Source of the DNA: an uncultured Thiomicrospira sp.
Lineage (GTDB): Bacteria > Pseudomonadota > Gammaproteobacteria > CAKMZV01
Length of the DNA stretch: 64,000 bases
Direction: 5' to 3'
Assembly: GCA_965195345.1 (NCBI GenBank)
Contig: OZ239628.1
Span: 1,152,001-1,216,000 of the forward strand
Shown: piece by piece, positions 47,331 through 58,480 of the stretch
Numbering within the stretch: the stretch's first letter is position 1
Layout: every line of letters begins with the position of its first letter
Translations under genes and position numbers: made by a program
Notes under the pieces: model-generated
What the model was told of the DNA's origin: nothing
The model's database searches: none
What the model saw: the letters and a program-made list of their open reading frames with translations, nothing else

Positions 47331-48989
47331 CTATTTTTCGAGATTATCGAAAAGTGCCCCTAATGTATTATTCATTTGGCTTCCGTCTTTACTACTCGAC
47401 TTCTTATAGTCTTTAACCGCTTGTTTTTCTTCCATATCGGCTACGCTCTTCATAGATAAGAAAATCTTACGGTTTTTACGATCAACACTGGTTATAGCAA
47501 CTCGCATCGTATCTCCAACTGCCGCTTCACCTATAAGTTCTGATTTTCTTAAAACCCCAAAAACGCCACTACTTAATGTGACAGAATAACCTTTGTCTAT
47601 TTCTTCTGTGATTACGCCTTCAACGATTGCGCCCTTTCCATTATTGCTTACGAATTCCATAAATGAGTCTTTCATCAATTGCTTGACACCCAATGAAATG
47701 CGCTCACGATCAACATCAATGCTCAAAATCATGGCTTCAATCTCAGAGCCTTTCTGGAATTCACGTAATGTATTCTCTTCGCTTTCTTCCCAAGATAAGT
47801 CGGTCAAATGGACAAGTCCATCAATGCCATTTTCCAACCCAATGAACAAACCAAAATCAGTAATGGAACGGATTTGACCAGAGACGATATCTCCACGCTT
47901 ATAATTGTCTGTGAAAGTTACCCATGGATTTTCACTGCATTGCTTTATGGATAAAGAAATGCGTCTTCTTTCAACATCAACTTCGAGAACTTTAACAGCG
48001 ACTTCTTGACCAACGCTAAGCACTTTATTCGGATGAATATTGCGGTTAGTCCAATCTAACTCAGAAGTATGCACTAATCCATCAACAGCTTCTTCAAGGG
48101 CGACAAACGCACCATAATCGGTAATATTAACTACTTTTGCTAATGGAATAATCATTCCTGAAGGATATTTTTCATGAATACTTTGCCACGGATCTTCGGT
48201 TAGCTGTTTCATTCCAAGTGACACACGATACCGTTCAAGATCAAATTTTAAAACCTTAACTTCAATAACGTCACCGATGGATAAAATCTCTGAAGGATGG
48301 TTCACACGTTTCCATGCCATGTCTGTAATATGTAGTAAGCCATCTGTACCGCCCATATCAACGAAAGCACCATAATCGGTTAAATTCTTCACTGTCCCTT
48401 CTAAAACATCGCCTTCTGCCAGATTGCTTAGCAATGCTTGGCGCTCAGCACGATTTTCTTCTTCAATGACTGCGCGTCTTGAGACAACAAGATTGTTCCT
48501 TTCCGCATCAAGTTTTACTATTTTAACTTGAATTTGTTCGCCTTCAAAAACGCCCATATCGGGTATTTGGCGGACATCAATAAGAGAGCGTGGTAAAAAT
48601 GCTCTTACTTTTCCAATATCAAGGCTGAGACCACCTTTCACACGAGTAGTAACTAAACCTGTTACTATTTCTTGGTCTTCCATTGCTTTTTCTAAGCGAT
48701 TCCATGTCGCAATGCGTTGTGCTTTTTCGCGAGAAAGTCGAGTCTCCCCAGACATGTCAACCACTGTCTCTACTAAAACTTCCACATCGTCGCCAATTTT
48801 TATTTCAGGATCGCCACTTATATCTCTAAATTGGGAAATAGGTATGTACGCTTCGGATTTCATCCCAGCGTCAAGAACAGCCTCATCTCCTCTGAATCCT
48901 ATTATTCTTGCTGTTATTATTGCGCCTTGGCTAAATTTCTCTGGCGTATAGGATGCCTCAAACATTTCGGCAAAACTTTGTTCACTCAT
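47331..48989 (-). CDS. rpsA: 30S ribosomal protein S1
   Basis: Repeated S1 domains (DYGAFVD..DGLLH). Confidence 0.98.
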   Translation of the reverse strand: MSEQSFAEMFEASYTPEKFSQGAIITARIIGFRGDEAVLDAGMKSEAYIPISQFRDISGDPEIKIGDDVEVLVETVVDMSGETRLSREKAQRIATWNRLEKAMEDQEIVTGLVTTRVKGGLSLDIGKVRAFLPRSLIDVRQIPDMGVFEGEQIQVKIVKLDAERNNLVVSRRAVIEEENRAERQALLSNLAEGDVLEGTVKNLTDYGAFVDMGGTDGLLHITDMAWKRVNHPSEILSIGDVIEVKVLKFDLERYRVSLGMKQLTEDPWQSIHEKYPSGMIIPLAKVVNITDYGAFVALEEAVDGLVHTSELDWTNRNIHPNKVLSVGQEVAVKVLEVDVERRRISLSIKQCSENPWVTFTDNYKRGDIVSGQIRSITDFGLFIGLENGIDGLVHLTDLSWEESEENTLREFQKGSEIEAMILSIDVDRERISLGVKQLMKDSFMEFVSNNGKGAIVEGVITEEIDKGYSVTLSSGVFGVLRKSELIGEAAVGDTMRVAITSVDRKNRKIFLSMKSVADMEEKQAVKDYKKSSSKDGSQMNNTLGALFDNLEK

Positions 48990-49257
48990 GTGGTTTCCTG
49001 AAAGAATTTATATCTAAGTGAGCTGCAGGTGGCAAACTTGATATAAATGGTAGAAGTTTAATTAAAATTCTTAATCCTGCTTTTAAGACGTTCTTAAGGC
49101 GGGGAATTATACACAATATCAATTAGATAGTGCAAACAAGTACTGTCAATTTAATCGTTTAAAGTTGATTTTTTTAAATAATTGGTGTTTTAAAGTTAGT
49201 AAAACCCAAATTACTATCGTTAAGCTGCTTTATCAGACTATCTCAACTATAGAATAC

Positions 49258-50502
49258 TTACTTATCTAACTCAAAGGCCTTGTGCAAGCAGCGTACTGCG
49301 TGATCAAGTTGAGATTGTTCAATTATTACGGATATTTTTATTTCGGAAGTGGAAATTGATAGAATATTGATGCCTTCTTCTGCTAAAGCACCAAACATAC
49401 TACTTGCAACACCTGCATGCGAACGCATTCCCACTCCAACAATAGAAAGTTTTGCAATGTTATCATCACCAATGACGTCATTTGCCCCTAATTCTTGCGC
49501 TTTTCTTTTCGTTATCCGCATGGCATCTTTAAAGTCTTGCTTGGTAACGGTAAACGTAAAATCAGTCAGTTTATTATCAGGCGATATGTTTTGTACAATC
49601 ATATCTACCTCAATATTTTCGCTAGCGATTTTTCCAAGAATGTCATAGGCAATGCCCGGCTTATCAGGCACTCCAAGGATGGTGATTTTAGCCTCATCAC
49701 GATTAAAGGCAATTCCAGAAATAAGTGGCTGTTCCATGATGTTATCTTCTCCAATATCTGCTCTTATGAGCGTTCCACCAAGATTGTCAAGTTTTACTTC
49801 TTCGTTCATAGAAGACAATACTCGGATTGGAATGTTATTTTTAAAAGCGAACTCAACCGATCGAATTTGCAATACTTTAGAGCCCAAACTCGCCATTTCG
49901 AGCATCTCTTCAAAAGTAATTACTTCCATAGGTCTAGCGTTCGTTTCAACTCTTGGGTCTGTTGTGTAAACACCGTCTACATCGGTATATATTTGGCACT
50001 CATCCGCATTTAGCGCAGCGGCTATGGCAACGGCACTCGTATCTGAGCCTCCACGTCCTAACGTGGTAATATTTTCAAAATCATCAATGCCTTGAAATCC
50101 AGCCACGACAACGACTCTTCCGTCATCCAAACTTTTAAATATACGGTGCGGTTCAATGCCTGTTATTCGTGCTTTAGTGTGTGCGCTATCAGTATGAATA
50201 CCTGCTTGCCAACCTGTATAAGAAACAGCGGGTTGCCCTAATTCTTGCAAAGCCAAACATAAAAGCCCCATGCTAATTTGTTCTCCAGCCGACAGGATAA
50301 CATCCATTTCTCTTTTTGGAGGGGCATGGTTTAAAGAAGTGGATATGTCAACTAAACGATTGGTTTCGCCAGACATGGCAGAGACTACCGTCACCACTTT
50401 GTGACCGGCATCACTCCACTTCTTGATTCTCTCAGCTACCTTTTTTATTCGTTCAGCACTTCCTACAGAAGTGCCACCGTATTTTTGTACGATTAATGCC
50501 AT
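49258..50502 (-). CDS. lysC: Aspartate kinase
   Basis: MALIVQKYGGTSVG, TLGRGGSDTSA, two ACT domains. Confidence 0.96.
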   Translation of the reverse strand: MALIVQKYGGTSVGSAERIKKVAERIKKWSDAGHKVVTVVSAMSGETNRLVDISTSLNHAPPKREMDVILSAGEQISMGLLCLALQELGQPAVSYTGWQAGIHTDSAHTKARITGIEPHRIFKSLDDGRVVVVAGFQGIDDFENITTLGRGGSDTSAVAIAAALNADECQIYTDVDGVYTTDPRVETNARPMEVITFEEMLEMASLGSKVLQIRSVEFAFKNNIPIRVLSSMNEEVKLDNLGGTLIRADIGEDNIMEQPLISGIAFNRDEAKITILGVPDKPGIAYDILGKIASENIEVDMIVQNISPDNKLTDFTFTVTKQDFKDAMRITKRKAQELGANDVIGDDNIAKLSIVGVGMRSHAGVASSMFGALAEEGINILSISTSEIKISVIIEQSQLDHAVRCLHKAFELDK

Positions 50503-50590
50503 TTTTTGAAATTGAGATGATTTTTTTGTCATCGAATATGTATAAGATGACGTCGAACTTTAAGGACACGTATAATACCATAAATTCCCT

Positions 50591-51298
50591 GTGAACTCCA
50601 AAGCTATCGCCCTCCCTTTTCAACAAAATATGACTTTTCGTTTGCCACTAACAAAAACAAAAACAATTAGAGCATGGCTGAAAATGTTGTTCTTAGATGA
50701 TGGTTATGTTCGTCTGTTTTATAACAATTTTTTCAAAGTCAATGATGAAATGTTTCGCTCAAACCACCCTCTCCCCATTCACTTTAGACGTATTCGGCGT
50801 AATAACATAAAAACCATTATCAATTTGCGTGGTGATAGCACAGATTCGGCTTCTACTGCGTTAGAGAGAGTGTTTTGTGAAAAGCATGCAGTAAAGATGG
50901 TATTCATAGCTATTTCATCAAGACGTGCTCCAGTGTTTGAGGAAATCAATAAGATTAAAAAAATGTTTGATGAAAGTGAAAAGCCATTCCTCGTACATTG
51001 TAAATCAGGAGCTGATAGAGCAGGATTGGTGGTAACGCTTTACAATTTAATTTATTATCCTAAGATGAGTGTAGATGATGCTAATCAGTTGCGTTGGTAT
51101 TATGGGCACTTTACAGTGGCAGAAACTGGGGTGCTTGATGTTTTTGTTGATGAGTGGAAAAGTTATCGCGCCGCCCACCCTGACACTCTTTTTTTAGATT
51201 GGGTAGAGAATGTTTACGATCCTGAAGAAACGGCTCGCTCTTTTCAAGCAAATCGCTGGTTTTCTTGGTTTGTCAATCGGGTTTTGAAAAGAGAATGA
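50591..51298 (+). CDS. Protein tyrosine / dual-specificity phosphatase family
   Basis: HCKSGADRAG (CX5R). Real start may be ATG 50630. Confidence 0.85.
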   Translation: MNSKAIALPFQQNMTFRLPLTKTKTIRAWLKMLFLDDGYVRLFYNNFFKVNDEMFRSNHPLPIHFRRIRRNNIKTIINLRGDSTDSASTALERVFCEKHAVKMVFIAISSRRAPVFEEINKIKKMFDESEKPFLVHCKSGADRAGLVVTLYNLIYYPKMSVDDANQLRWYYGHFTVAETGVLDVFVDEWKSYRAAHPDTLFLDWVENVYDPEETARSFQANRWFSWFVNRVLKRE

Positions 51299-53241
51299 AT
51301 TCTTCAAAACTGGATGATTTCCTTAATCAACCTAACAATAAATTACTAGACAAACTCAACCCTGAGCAAGCGCGTGCTGTATGTTTGGAAGGGAATGAAC
51401 ATGCTCTCATAGTTGCCGGTGCAGGCAGTGGTAAGACACGCGTATTAGTGCATAGGATAGGCTGGCTGATTCAACAATTAAAAAATCCTCCTGCATCGAT
51501 TGTTGCTGTTACTTTTACTAATAAAGCTGCAGGTGAAATGCGACATCGTTCTGAAGCCCTACTCAATCAATCGAGTCCGCATATGTGGACGGGAACATTT
51601 CACTCACTTAGCTTAAGGTTCTTGCGCCAACATGCCCAAGAGTGTGGGCTTAATCCCAATTTTCAAATAATCGATAGCGACGATCAAATACGGCTTTGTC
51701 GCCAAATTATTAGAGACATGGCAATTGATGAGAAACATTTTTTACCAAAGCAAGCAGCACACTTTATTTCATCACATAAAGATCAAGGTCAACGCGTTTC
51801 GTCAATAACAAGCGAAAACGAATGGCAAGAAACGATGAAAAAGGTATACGAAAGATACGACGTAATTTGCGATAGAGATGGCTTGGTTGACTTTGGTGAA
51901 TTATTGCTACGTACCGTTGAAGTTTGGCGTGATTATTCGGAAATATTGAAACTTTATCAAAAACGTTTTCAACATATATTGGTTGACGAATTTCAAGATA
52001 CCAACTCAACGCAATATGCTTGGATAAGATTGTTAGCTGGCGATAGCGGGTGCGTATTTGCCGTAGGTGATGATGATCAGTCTATTTATGGTTGGCGAGG
52101 TGCAAAAGTAGAGAACATTCAAAGATTCCAAGACGATTTTTCTTCGACAAAACCTGTTCAAATAATACGCCTTGAACAAAACTATCGATCAACACAGCAT
52201 ATATTAGAAGCTGCTAATGCAGTAATTAGCAAGAATACCCAACGGTTAGAGAAAAATTTATGGACTAATAGCAAGGGCGGACAGCGCATAGGCATATATC
52301 GCGCAATCAATGGACTTGATGAAGCTGAGTTTGTCTGTGACGCGATAAATGATTGGAGTGAGGATGGAAGGGATTTTCAAGATTGTGCCGTCCTGTATCG
52401 ATCTAATGCACAATCAAGGGTTATTGAGCAGTTTTTGCTAAAAAACAAAATCCCATATCAAGTTTATGGAGGGTTACGGTTTTTTGAACGCGCTGAAGTT
52501 AAAGACGTATTAGCCTATGCAGCTTTAATATCAAATCCAGATAACAATACCGCTTTTATGCGCATTATCAATACTCCACCTCGTGGCATTGGTGCTAAAG
52601 CCATCCAAACTTTGGCAGCGTATGCTAATGAACATGATTTTTCAATGTGGCAGGCTGCTAAGGATCTTGCCAGTAATCACTCTAAAGTTGCCGCTTTTTT
52701 AAATTTAATGGATGAATGGCGTGCATTAAATGAAGATTTACAGCTTAGCGAGCTAATCGAGCATATTGTGAAAGCAAGTGGATTGGTTGAGCATTATGAA
52801 AAAGAAGGAAGTGAGCGCGCATTAACACGCAAAGAAAACCTTGATGAATTAATTGCTGCTGCGCATGAATACCAAGGTGGCAATTTGAGTGACTTCCTTG
52901 CAAACACCGCACTTGACAGCGGTGAAACAGAAGAATACAACGAAACGGATAAAGTACAGTTGATGACTTTGCATGCTGCCAAAGGTTTAGAATTTCCTTT
53001 AGTATTTATGATTGGAGTTGAAGACGGCATCCTACCTACTTCACGAAGTTTGAACGACACACTTAAATTAGCAGAAGAGCGTAGATTAACTTATGTGGGT
53101 ATAACCAGAGCAAAAGAGAAGTTGTATATATTATTTGCCTATTCCAGACAGTTGTATGGCAATCAATTCGTTTCTTTTCCACCTTCTAGATTCTTAAGCG
53201 ACTTGCCTGAGAATGCTTTGGATTTGATTAAATACGATTAG
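51295..53241 (+). CDS. uvrD: UvrD-family DNA helicase
   Basis: AGAGSGKT, DEFQD, GDDDQSIY, LEQNYRS, EERRLTYVGITRA. Confidence 0.93.
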   Translation: MNSSKLDDFLNQPNNKLLDKLNPEQARAVCLEGNEHALIVAGAGSGKTRVLVHRIGWLIQQLKNPPASIVAVTFTNKAAGEMRHRSEALLNQSSPHMWTGTFHSLSLRFLRQHAQECGLNPNFQIIDSDDQIRLCRQIIRDMAIDEKHFLPKQAAHFISSHKDQGQRVSSITSENEWQETMKKVYERYDVICDRDGLVDFGELLLRTVEVWRDYSEILKLYQKRFQHILVDEFQDTNSTQYAWIRLLAGDSGCVFAVGDDDQSIYGWRGAKVENIQRFQDDFSSTKPVQIIRLEQNYRSTQHILEAANAVISKNTQRLEKNLWTNSKGGQRIGIYRAINGLDEAEFVCDAINDWSEDGRDFQDCAVLYRSNAQSRVIEQFLLKNKIPYQVYGGLRFFERAEVKDVLAYAALISNPDNNTAFMRIINTPPRGIGAKAIQTLAAYANEHDFSMWQAAKDLASNHSKVAAFLNLMDEWRALNEDLQLSELIEHIVKASGLVEHYEKEGSERALTRKENLDELIAAAHEYQGGNLSDFLANTALDSGETEEYNETDKVQLMTLHAAKGLEFPLVFMIGVEDGILPTSRSLNDTLKLAEERRLTYVGITRAKEKLYILFAYSRQLYGNQFVSFPPSRFLSDLPENALDLIKYD

Positions 53242-53367
53242 TTCAATCTAACAATACTCAGTTTGACAGATCTTTGAAAGTAAAAAAGAAAACAGAGTTA
53301 AATTTTGCATTTTTAATGTTATTTCTTATGTTCGTCTATAATGATAATTTTTTAATTTCTTGCTTCA

Positions 53368-54567
53368 ATGTCCGTGCACTTTAAGAAAAGCTTTACCCAA
53401 CAGCAACCGCTTTCAGAAAACACCATCAAAAAAGCGGTGGAGATTATGCGCACTGGCCGTTTGCATCGTTATAACAGCAATGCAGATGAAATACCTCAAG
53501 CCGCTCAACTTGAAAAGAATTTTGCTCAATACTTAGGAGTTCAGTATTGCTTAGCTTGTGCTTCTGGCGGTTATGCAATGCACATAGCCTTAAAAGCATC
53601 GGGGCTAAAAAGGGGAGATAAAGTCCTCACAAACGCTTTCACACTCTCCCCTGTTCCCGGAGCGATAGACAATGCTGGCGGGAAAGTCGTGTTGGTTGAA
53701 ATCGACACGAATTACTGCATCGATTTGGACGATCTGAAAACCAAGATGCAGAGCAGTAATGCGCGTTTTTTATTGCTTTCACACATGCGTGGACACATGG
53801 CTGACATGGATGCTATAGCTGAATTATGTGCGCAACACGATGTGATTTTGATTGAAGATTGCGCGCATACTATGGGAGCAAAGTGGAATGGAAGACATTC
53901 AGGAACGTACGCGCAAGTAGCTTGCTTCAGTACTCAAACCTATAAGCACTTAAACAGTGGCGAAGGTGGGTTGCTTACAACTAATGACCCACACATAATG
54001 GCTTCAGCAATTATTCTAAGTGGCTCTTATATGTTGTATGAAAAACATGGAACGATACCAAAAGCACATTATTTTGATAAAGTTAAATTGAAAGTTCCCA
54101 ATTACAGCGGAAGGATGGATAATTTAAGGGCTGCCTTACTCAACGAGCAATTATTAGAGCTCGAGCGAAACTGCACACATTGGAACACTTTGTATGATTT
54201 TATGGTGCAGCAAATCAGAAATATAGACGGTATAGAAATCCCTCAAAGAGACCCCAAAGAAAAGTACGTTGGGAGTTCCATACAGTTCTCTATCCCCACA
54301 CTATCTGAACAACAAATTATCACTTTCCAACAAAATTGTTTGCATCGAGGTGTTGAATTGAAATGGTTCGGCAATGAGCACCCTACTGGGTTCACCAGTC
54401 GTTACGATAGTTGGCAATTTATCGATGAAATTCCTAAACTGCCTAACACGCATGCAATTTTAGCTAAAACATTGGATATGCGTATACCATTGACTTTTGA
54501 AAAACAAGATTTGTCGCTTATTGCTCAAATAATCAAGGAAGAATTCACTCCTTTTCGCATTAATTAA
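53368..54567 (+). CDS. DegT/DnrJ/EryC1/StrS PLP aminotransferase
   Basis: IEDCAH, STQTYKHLNSGEGG. Confidence 0.9.
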   Translation: MSVHFKKSFTQQQPLSENTIKKAVEIMRTGRLHRYNSNADEIPQAAQLEKNFAQYLGVQYCLACASGGYAMHIALKASGLKRGDKVLTNAFTLSPVPGAIDNAGGKVVLVEIDTNYCIDLDDLKTKMQSSNARFLLLSHMRGHMADMDAIAELCAQHDVILIEDCAHTMGAKWNGRHSGTYAQVACFSTQTYKHLNSGEGGLLTTNDPHIMASAIILSGSYMLYEKHGTIPKAHYFDKVKLKVPNYSGRMDNLRAALLNEQLLELERNCTHWNTLYDFMVQQIRNIDGIEIPQRDPKEKYVGSSIQFSIPTLSEQQIITFQQNCLHRGVELKWFGNEHPTGFTSRYDSWQFIDEIPKLPNTHAILAKTLDMRIPLTFEKQDLSLIAQIIKEEFTPFRIN

Positions 54568-54626
54568 TCTTTTTGAATAAGAGGTTCTCTTGATTCTCCA
54601 ATCTTCCAGTATGGCATAATTATTGA

Positions 54627-55643
54627 GTGAGAGTTCTAATCATCAAGCAATCCTCTTTAGGTGACGTTGTTCATTGTCTGCCTGCCTTGAGTGATGCCGC
54701 AGACTCCATACCAAATTTTGAAGTTGATTGGGTTGTCGAGAAAAATTTTGCAGAAATTGCAACGTGGCACCCCAACGTCAATGCAACGATAGAAATTGCT
54801 TGGAGACGTTGGAGAAAGTCATTATTTGCAAGTGAAACAAAGAAAGAAATTCATTTGTTCAAACAGCAATTACAATCCCAAAAATACGACTTAATTATTG
54901 ATGCACAGGGTCTTTATAAAAGTGCCATATTAACCAAATTGGCAAATGGGCGCAGTGTCGGTATGGATTGGACCTCCATACGTAAAGAAAAGGCCGCATC
55001 GTTTTTTTATGACGAAAAGATAACAATACCTCAAGGGCAACATGCCGTTGAACGGCTACGCCTTTTATTTGCAACAGCGCTTAACTATCCATATCGACCC
55101 GATAAGATGATAGATTACCGCATACTTCCTAATCTGCCAAAGCCTCAATATTCAAACTATGTAGTTGGTTTACATGGTACAACTTGGAAGAGTAAAGAGT
55201 TATCTAAACAATATTGGATTGAATTGGCATCAACATTGCATAAACATAGGACTATATTATTGCTTCCACATGGAAACATCGAGGAAAAGAAATTTGCCGA
55301 ATCAATTGCCAGTGTGTCAGAAAACGTTGAAGTATTACCACCATCGAATCTGTTAAGTCTTGCCAGTGTGTTAAAGCATGCCCTTGCTGTTTTTTCCGTA
55401 GATACAGGATTGGCACACCTTACTGCTGCACTCAGCACACCTTTAATAAATGTTTTTGGTGCAACTAATCCCAAACTTACTGCAGCATTAGGACAACAAG
55501 TTGAAATTTTAAAAGCGCAATACCATTGTGCACCCTGTATGACGAAACACTGCAAGTATTCAAAAACCAACCCACCTTGCTATGAGAGTATTTCAAACCG
55601 TGTTATGTGTGAAAAACTTGAAACCTTGATCAAGGGATGCTAA
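54627..55643 (+). CDS. waaC: LPS heptosyltransferase I
   Basis: KQSSLGDVVH, DAQGLYKSA, HAVERLRLLF, VDTGLAH. Confidence 0.9.
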   Translation: MRVLIIKQSSLGDVVHCLPALSDAADSIPNFEVDWVVEKNFAEIATWHPNVNATIEIAWRRWRKSLFASETKKEIHLFKQQLQSQKYDLIIDAQGLYKSAILTKLANGRSVGMDWTSIRKEKAASFFYDEKITIPQGQHAVERLRLLFATALNYPYRPDKMIDYRILPNLPKPQYSNYVVGLHGTTWKSKELSKQYWIELASTLHKHRTILLLPHGNIEEKKFAESIASVSENVEVLPPSNLLSLASVLKHALAVFSVDTGLAHLTAALSTPLINVFGATNPKLTAALGQQVEILKAQYHCAPCMTKHCKYSKTNPPCYESISNRVMCEKLETLIKGC

Positions 55644-58471
55644 ACGCATTCAAAGAACTCGCCAAGAATATAACAGGGGAGTTTCGGTTTGATGAGCCCT
55701 ATTGTTCTTTGTACGCACAAGATGCGTCTGTGTATCAAAAAAAACCTGTTGCCGTATGCATTCCTAAATTGGATGAAGACATAGCAGAAGTTCTTGGATT
55801 TGCTCGAAAGCATAATTTTTCTATCATCCCTCGTACAGGTGGCACTTCGCTTGCTGGTCAATTGGTTGGTGAGAGTATCATTCTTGACATGTCGAAATAT
55901 TACCGCACTATTATTTCAATTGATCCAGAGCAGAGGACAGCAGTGGTACAAGCGGGCGTCATTCGTAATGACTTAAACAAAGAACTTAAAAAATACGACT
56001 TGTTTTTTGCTCCAGAAACATCCACAACAAGCAGCTGTACCATCAGCGGAATGGTCGGAAACAACGCTTGTGGCACACGTTCTATTTTTTATGGAACGAC
56101 CAGAGAACATATTCGTTCAATCAAAGGGTTTCTAAGCGATGGCAGCTCCTTCAATTTTTCACCACTATCCCAAAAGGAATTGGCATCATTCAAACAAAAT
56201 AAAGGACTTGAGGGGGAAATCTATAGAGACATTGATGCATTGATCAAAAAACATGAAACGACTATAAAAGAAGCACAGCCTAACGCATCATTGATTAGAG
56301 ACAACAGTGGATATGCTTTAAACACTCTTTTGCAAAAGGGAGAAGGCTTTAATCTAAGTCGATTAATTTGCGGTTCTGAAGGAACACTGGCAATTATTAC
56401 TGAAGTAACCGTTTCTTTGAGTGAACTACCGAAACATACAGGCATAATTTGTGCGCATTTTCATTCGCTATCCGAAGCATTTAAAGCGGTGCCAAAAATA
56501 TTAGAACATCATCCGAGTGCGATTGAGTTGTTCGATCGCTCTACGCTTAATGCCAGCAAGAACAACAGTGAGCAATCAAGGAATCGATTTTGGATTGAGG
56601 ACAATCCCGAAGCGGTACAAGTGATAGAGTGCATAGCAAATGATGCACACGATTTGAAAAGAAAGTTACAAACGATTAGCGAAGCACTGAGTAATACTGC
56701 TTATGCCCTACCGATTCTTCACGCAAATGAAATGGAAAAAGTATGGAATCTACGCAAAGCTTCTCTTGGTTTGCTCATGGGCGAAAAGGAGAACAAAAAA
56801 GCAGTTGCCGTAATTGAAGATGCTGCAATACCAATCCCGCATTTGTTAGACTACGTCGTTCAAATGCAAGAATACGCTAAACAAAATAACATTGATTTGG
56901 TAATTTATGGACACGCTTCTGTTGGAGTGATACATATGCGTCCAAAACTCGATTTGGAGATAACTGATGATAAACTGTTATTCGAAAAAATTGCCCAATA
57001 CTCTGCAGAGTTGGTCAAACAATACAATGGATCCATTTCTGGTGAGCATGGAGATGGCAGGCTACGTTCAAAATGGCTACCGTGGATTCACGGTAAAGAA
57101 TATCATCAATTACTCATTAAAGTTAAACATCTTTTTGACCCAAACAACCGATTAAACCCTGGGAAAATAACGCAAATTCAACCTTTAGTTGAAGATTTTC
57201 GTCCTACCTTGAGCACAGAGTTCAATAAAGAAGTGCGTTTTAATTGGGAGAAAGAAAGCAGTTTTTCTGCTGCCATTCAAAAATGTAACGGCTCGGGTGC
57301 TTGCCGCAAAAGTGACGGGTTGATGTGTCCTTCATTCCAAGCTACGCAAGAAGAATCCCTTTCTACGCGAGGACGTGCAAATTTATTACGGCATATTTTT
57401 TCAGCAAAAGATCCAAAAGCACTTTTCAATCTTCCCTTAATTAAAGAAGCATTAGATACTTGTCTATCTTGCAAAGCCTGTAAAACTGAGTGCCCTGCCA
57501 GTGTCGATATGGCGAAAATAAAATCCGAGTTTTTGAATTTGCGTGCTACGAAGGGCATGCTTAGTGGGCAAGAAAAACGCCAACGCATGGCTATTAAGAA
57601 GTTTCCATTCTTGCTGAAGCTACAGAGTAGTCAACCAATATTTAGTCATATTGCTAATTTGAACGTTATAAAAAAATTGTTAGGTGTTGATCCGCAGAGA
57701 AACTTCCCACATGCCGTTAAACCTTTCCATTCTCAGTGGGAATCACTTCAGAGTGCACTACAGAAAGCATTGCCTGAAAAAGAGCAACTTAGACCTATTG
57801 GGCTAATCATTGACTTGTACAGCAACTTCTACGAGCCTCATGTGTCAATAGCTACTTGTAAAGTTCTCAATAAACTCGGTTATAAGATCTTCCCTGTGTT
57901 TCTTACACATTCCCCAAGATTACTTATTAGCAGTGGTATGCTGCTTGAAGCAACCGAAGTATTGATGAAGTTGAGGATACAAATGGCTCAATTGAAAGTG
58001 GATCATTGGATTGGCATTGAACCTTCAGAAACTTTAGTCTTTAGAGATGATTGCAGCGATTTGATTGGCAATGTTCTTCCTAAAGTATGGTTGCTTGATG
58101 AGTTTTTACCCACCCCATTGTCCAAGCAGGAACATTTAAAGCCTAAAGATGAAACTGTTTATTTGCACACCCATTGTCATCAGCGTACTCTTGTTAAAAA
58201 CACTGCTGAATTGATGCTTAAATGCATTCCAAAAATTAAAGTTAAGCATATTGAAAGCAGTTGTTGCGGTATGGCAGGCCAATTTGGGTATCAACACTTC
58301 CAGTTATCAAAGAAAATTGCCGAAAAAGGAATATTAAAATGCGTCAATGGGATAGATAAAAACGCGATCATCGTAACTGCTGGTACATCATGTCGACATC
58401 AATTTATTGATTTATCCAAACATCGTCCCATTCATCCAATTGAATTGATAGTACAAACGTTGAGCCTTTAA
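55637..58471 (+). CDS. FAD-linked oxidase with 4Fe-4S and CCG domains (YdiJ-like)
   Basis: GGTSLAGQ, GEHGDG, CNGSGAC, CLSCKACKTECP, CCGMAG. Confidence 0.9.
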   Translation: MLNAFKELAKNITGEFRFDEPYCSLYAQDASVYQKKPVAVCIPKLDEDIAEVLGFARKHNFSIIPRTGGTSLAGQLVGESIILDMSKYYRTIISIDPEQRTAVVQAGVIRNDLNKELKKYDLFFAPETSTTSSCTISGMVGNNACGTRSIFYGTTREHIRSIKGFLSDGSSFNFSPLSQKELASFKQNKGLEGEIYRDIDALIKKHETTIKEAQPNASLIRDNSGYALNTLLQKGEGFNLSRLICGSEGTLAIITEVTVSLSELPKHTGIICAHFHSLSEAFKAVPKILEHHPSAIELFDRSTLNASKNNSEQSRNRFWIEDNPEAVQVIECIANDAHDLKRKLQTISEALSNTAYALPILHANEMEKVWNLRKASLGLLMGEKENKKAVAVIEDAAIPIPHLLDYVVQMQEYAKQNNIDLVIYGHASVGVIHMRPKLDLEITDDKLLFEKIAQYSAELVKQYNGSISGEHGDGRLRSKWLPWIHGKEYHQLLIKVKHLFDPNNRLNPGKITQIQPLVEDFRPTLSTEFNKEVRFNWEKESSFSAAIQKCNGSGACRKSDGLMCPSFQATQEESLSTRGRANLLRHIFSAKDPKALFNLPLIKEALDTCLSCKACKTECPASVDMAKIKSEFLNLRATKGMLSGQEKRQRMAIKKFPFLLKLQSSQPIFSHIANLNVIKKLLGVDPQRNFPHAVKPFHSQWESLQSALQKALPEKEQLRPIGLIIDLYSNFYEPHVSIATCKVLNKLGYKIFPVFLTHSPRLLISSGMLLEATEVLMKLRIQMAQLKVDHWIGIEPSETLVFRDDCSDLIGNVLPKVWLLDEFLPTPLSKQEHLKPKDETVYLHTHCHQRTLVKNTAELMLKCIPKIKVKHIESSCCGMAGQFGYQHFQLSKKIAEKGILKCVNGIDKNAIIVTAGTSCRHQFIDLSKHRPIHPIELIVQTLSL

Positions 58472-58480
58472 TATCGTTGA

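Noticed and set aside
48990-49257. tRNA or csrA expected downstream of lysC
   Set aside because: No cloverleaf, TTC loop or CsrA-like ORF could be read here.
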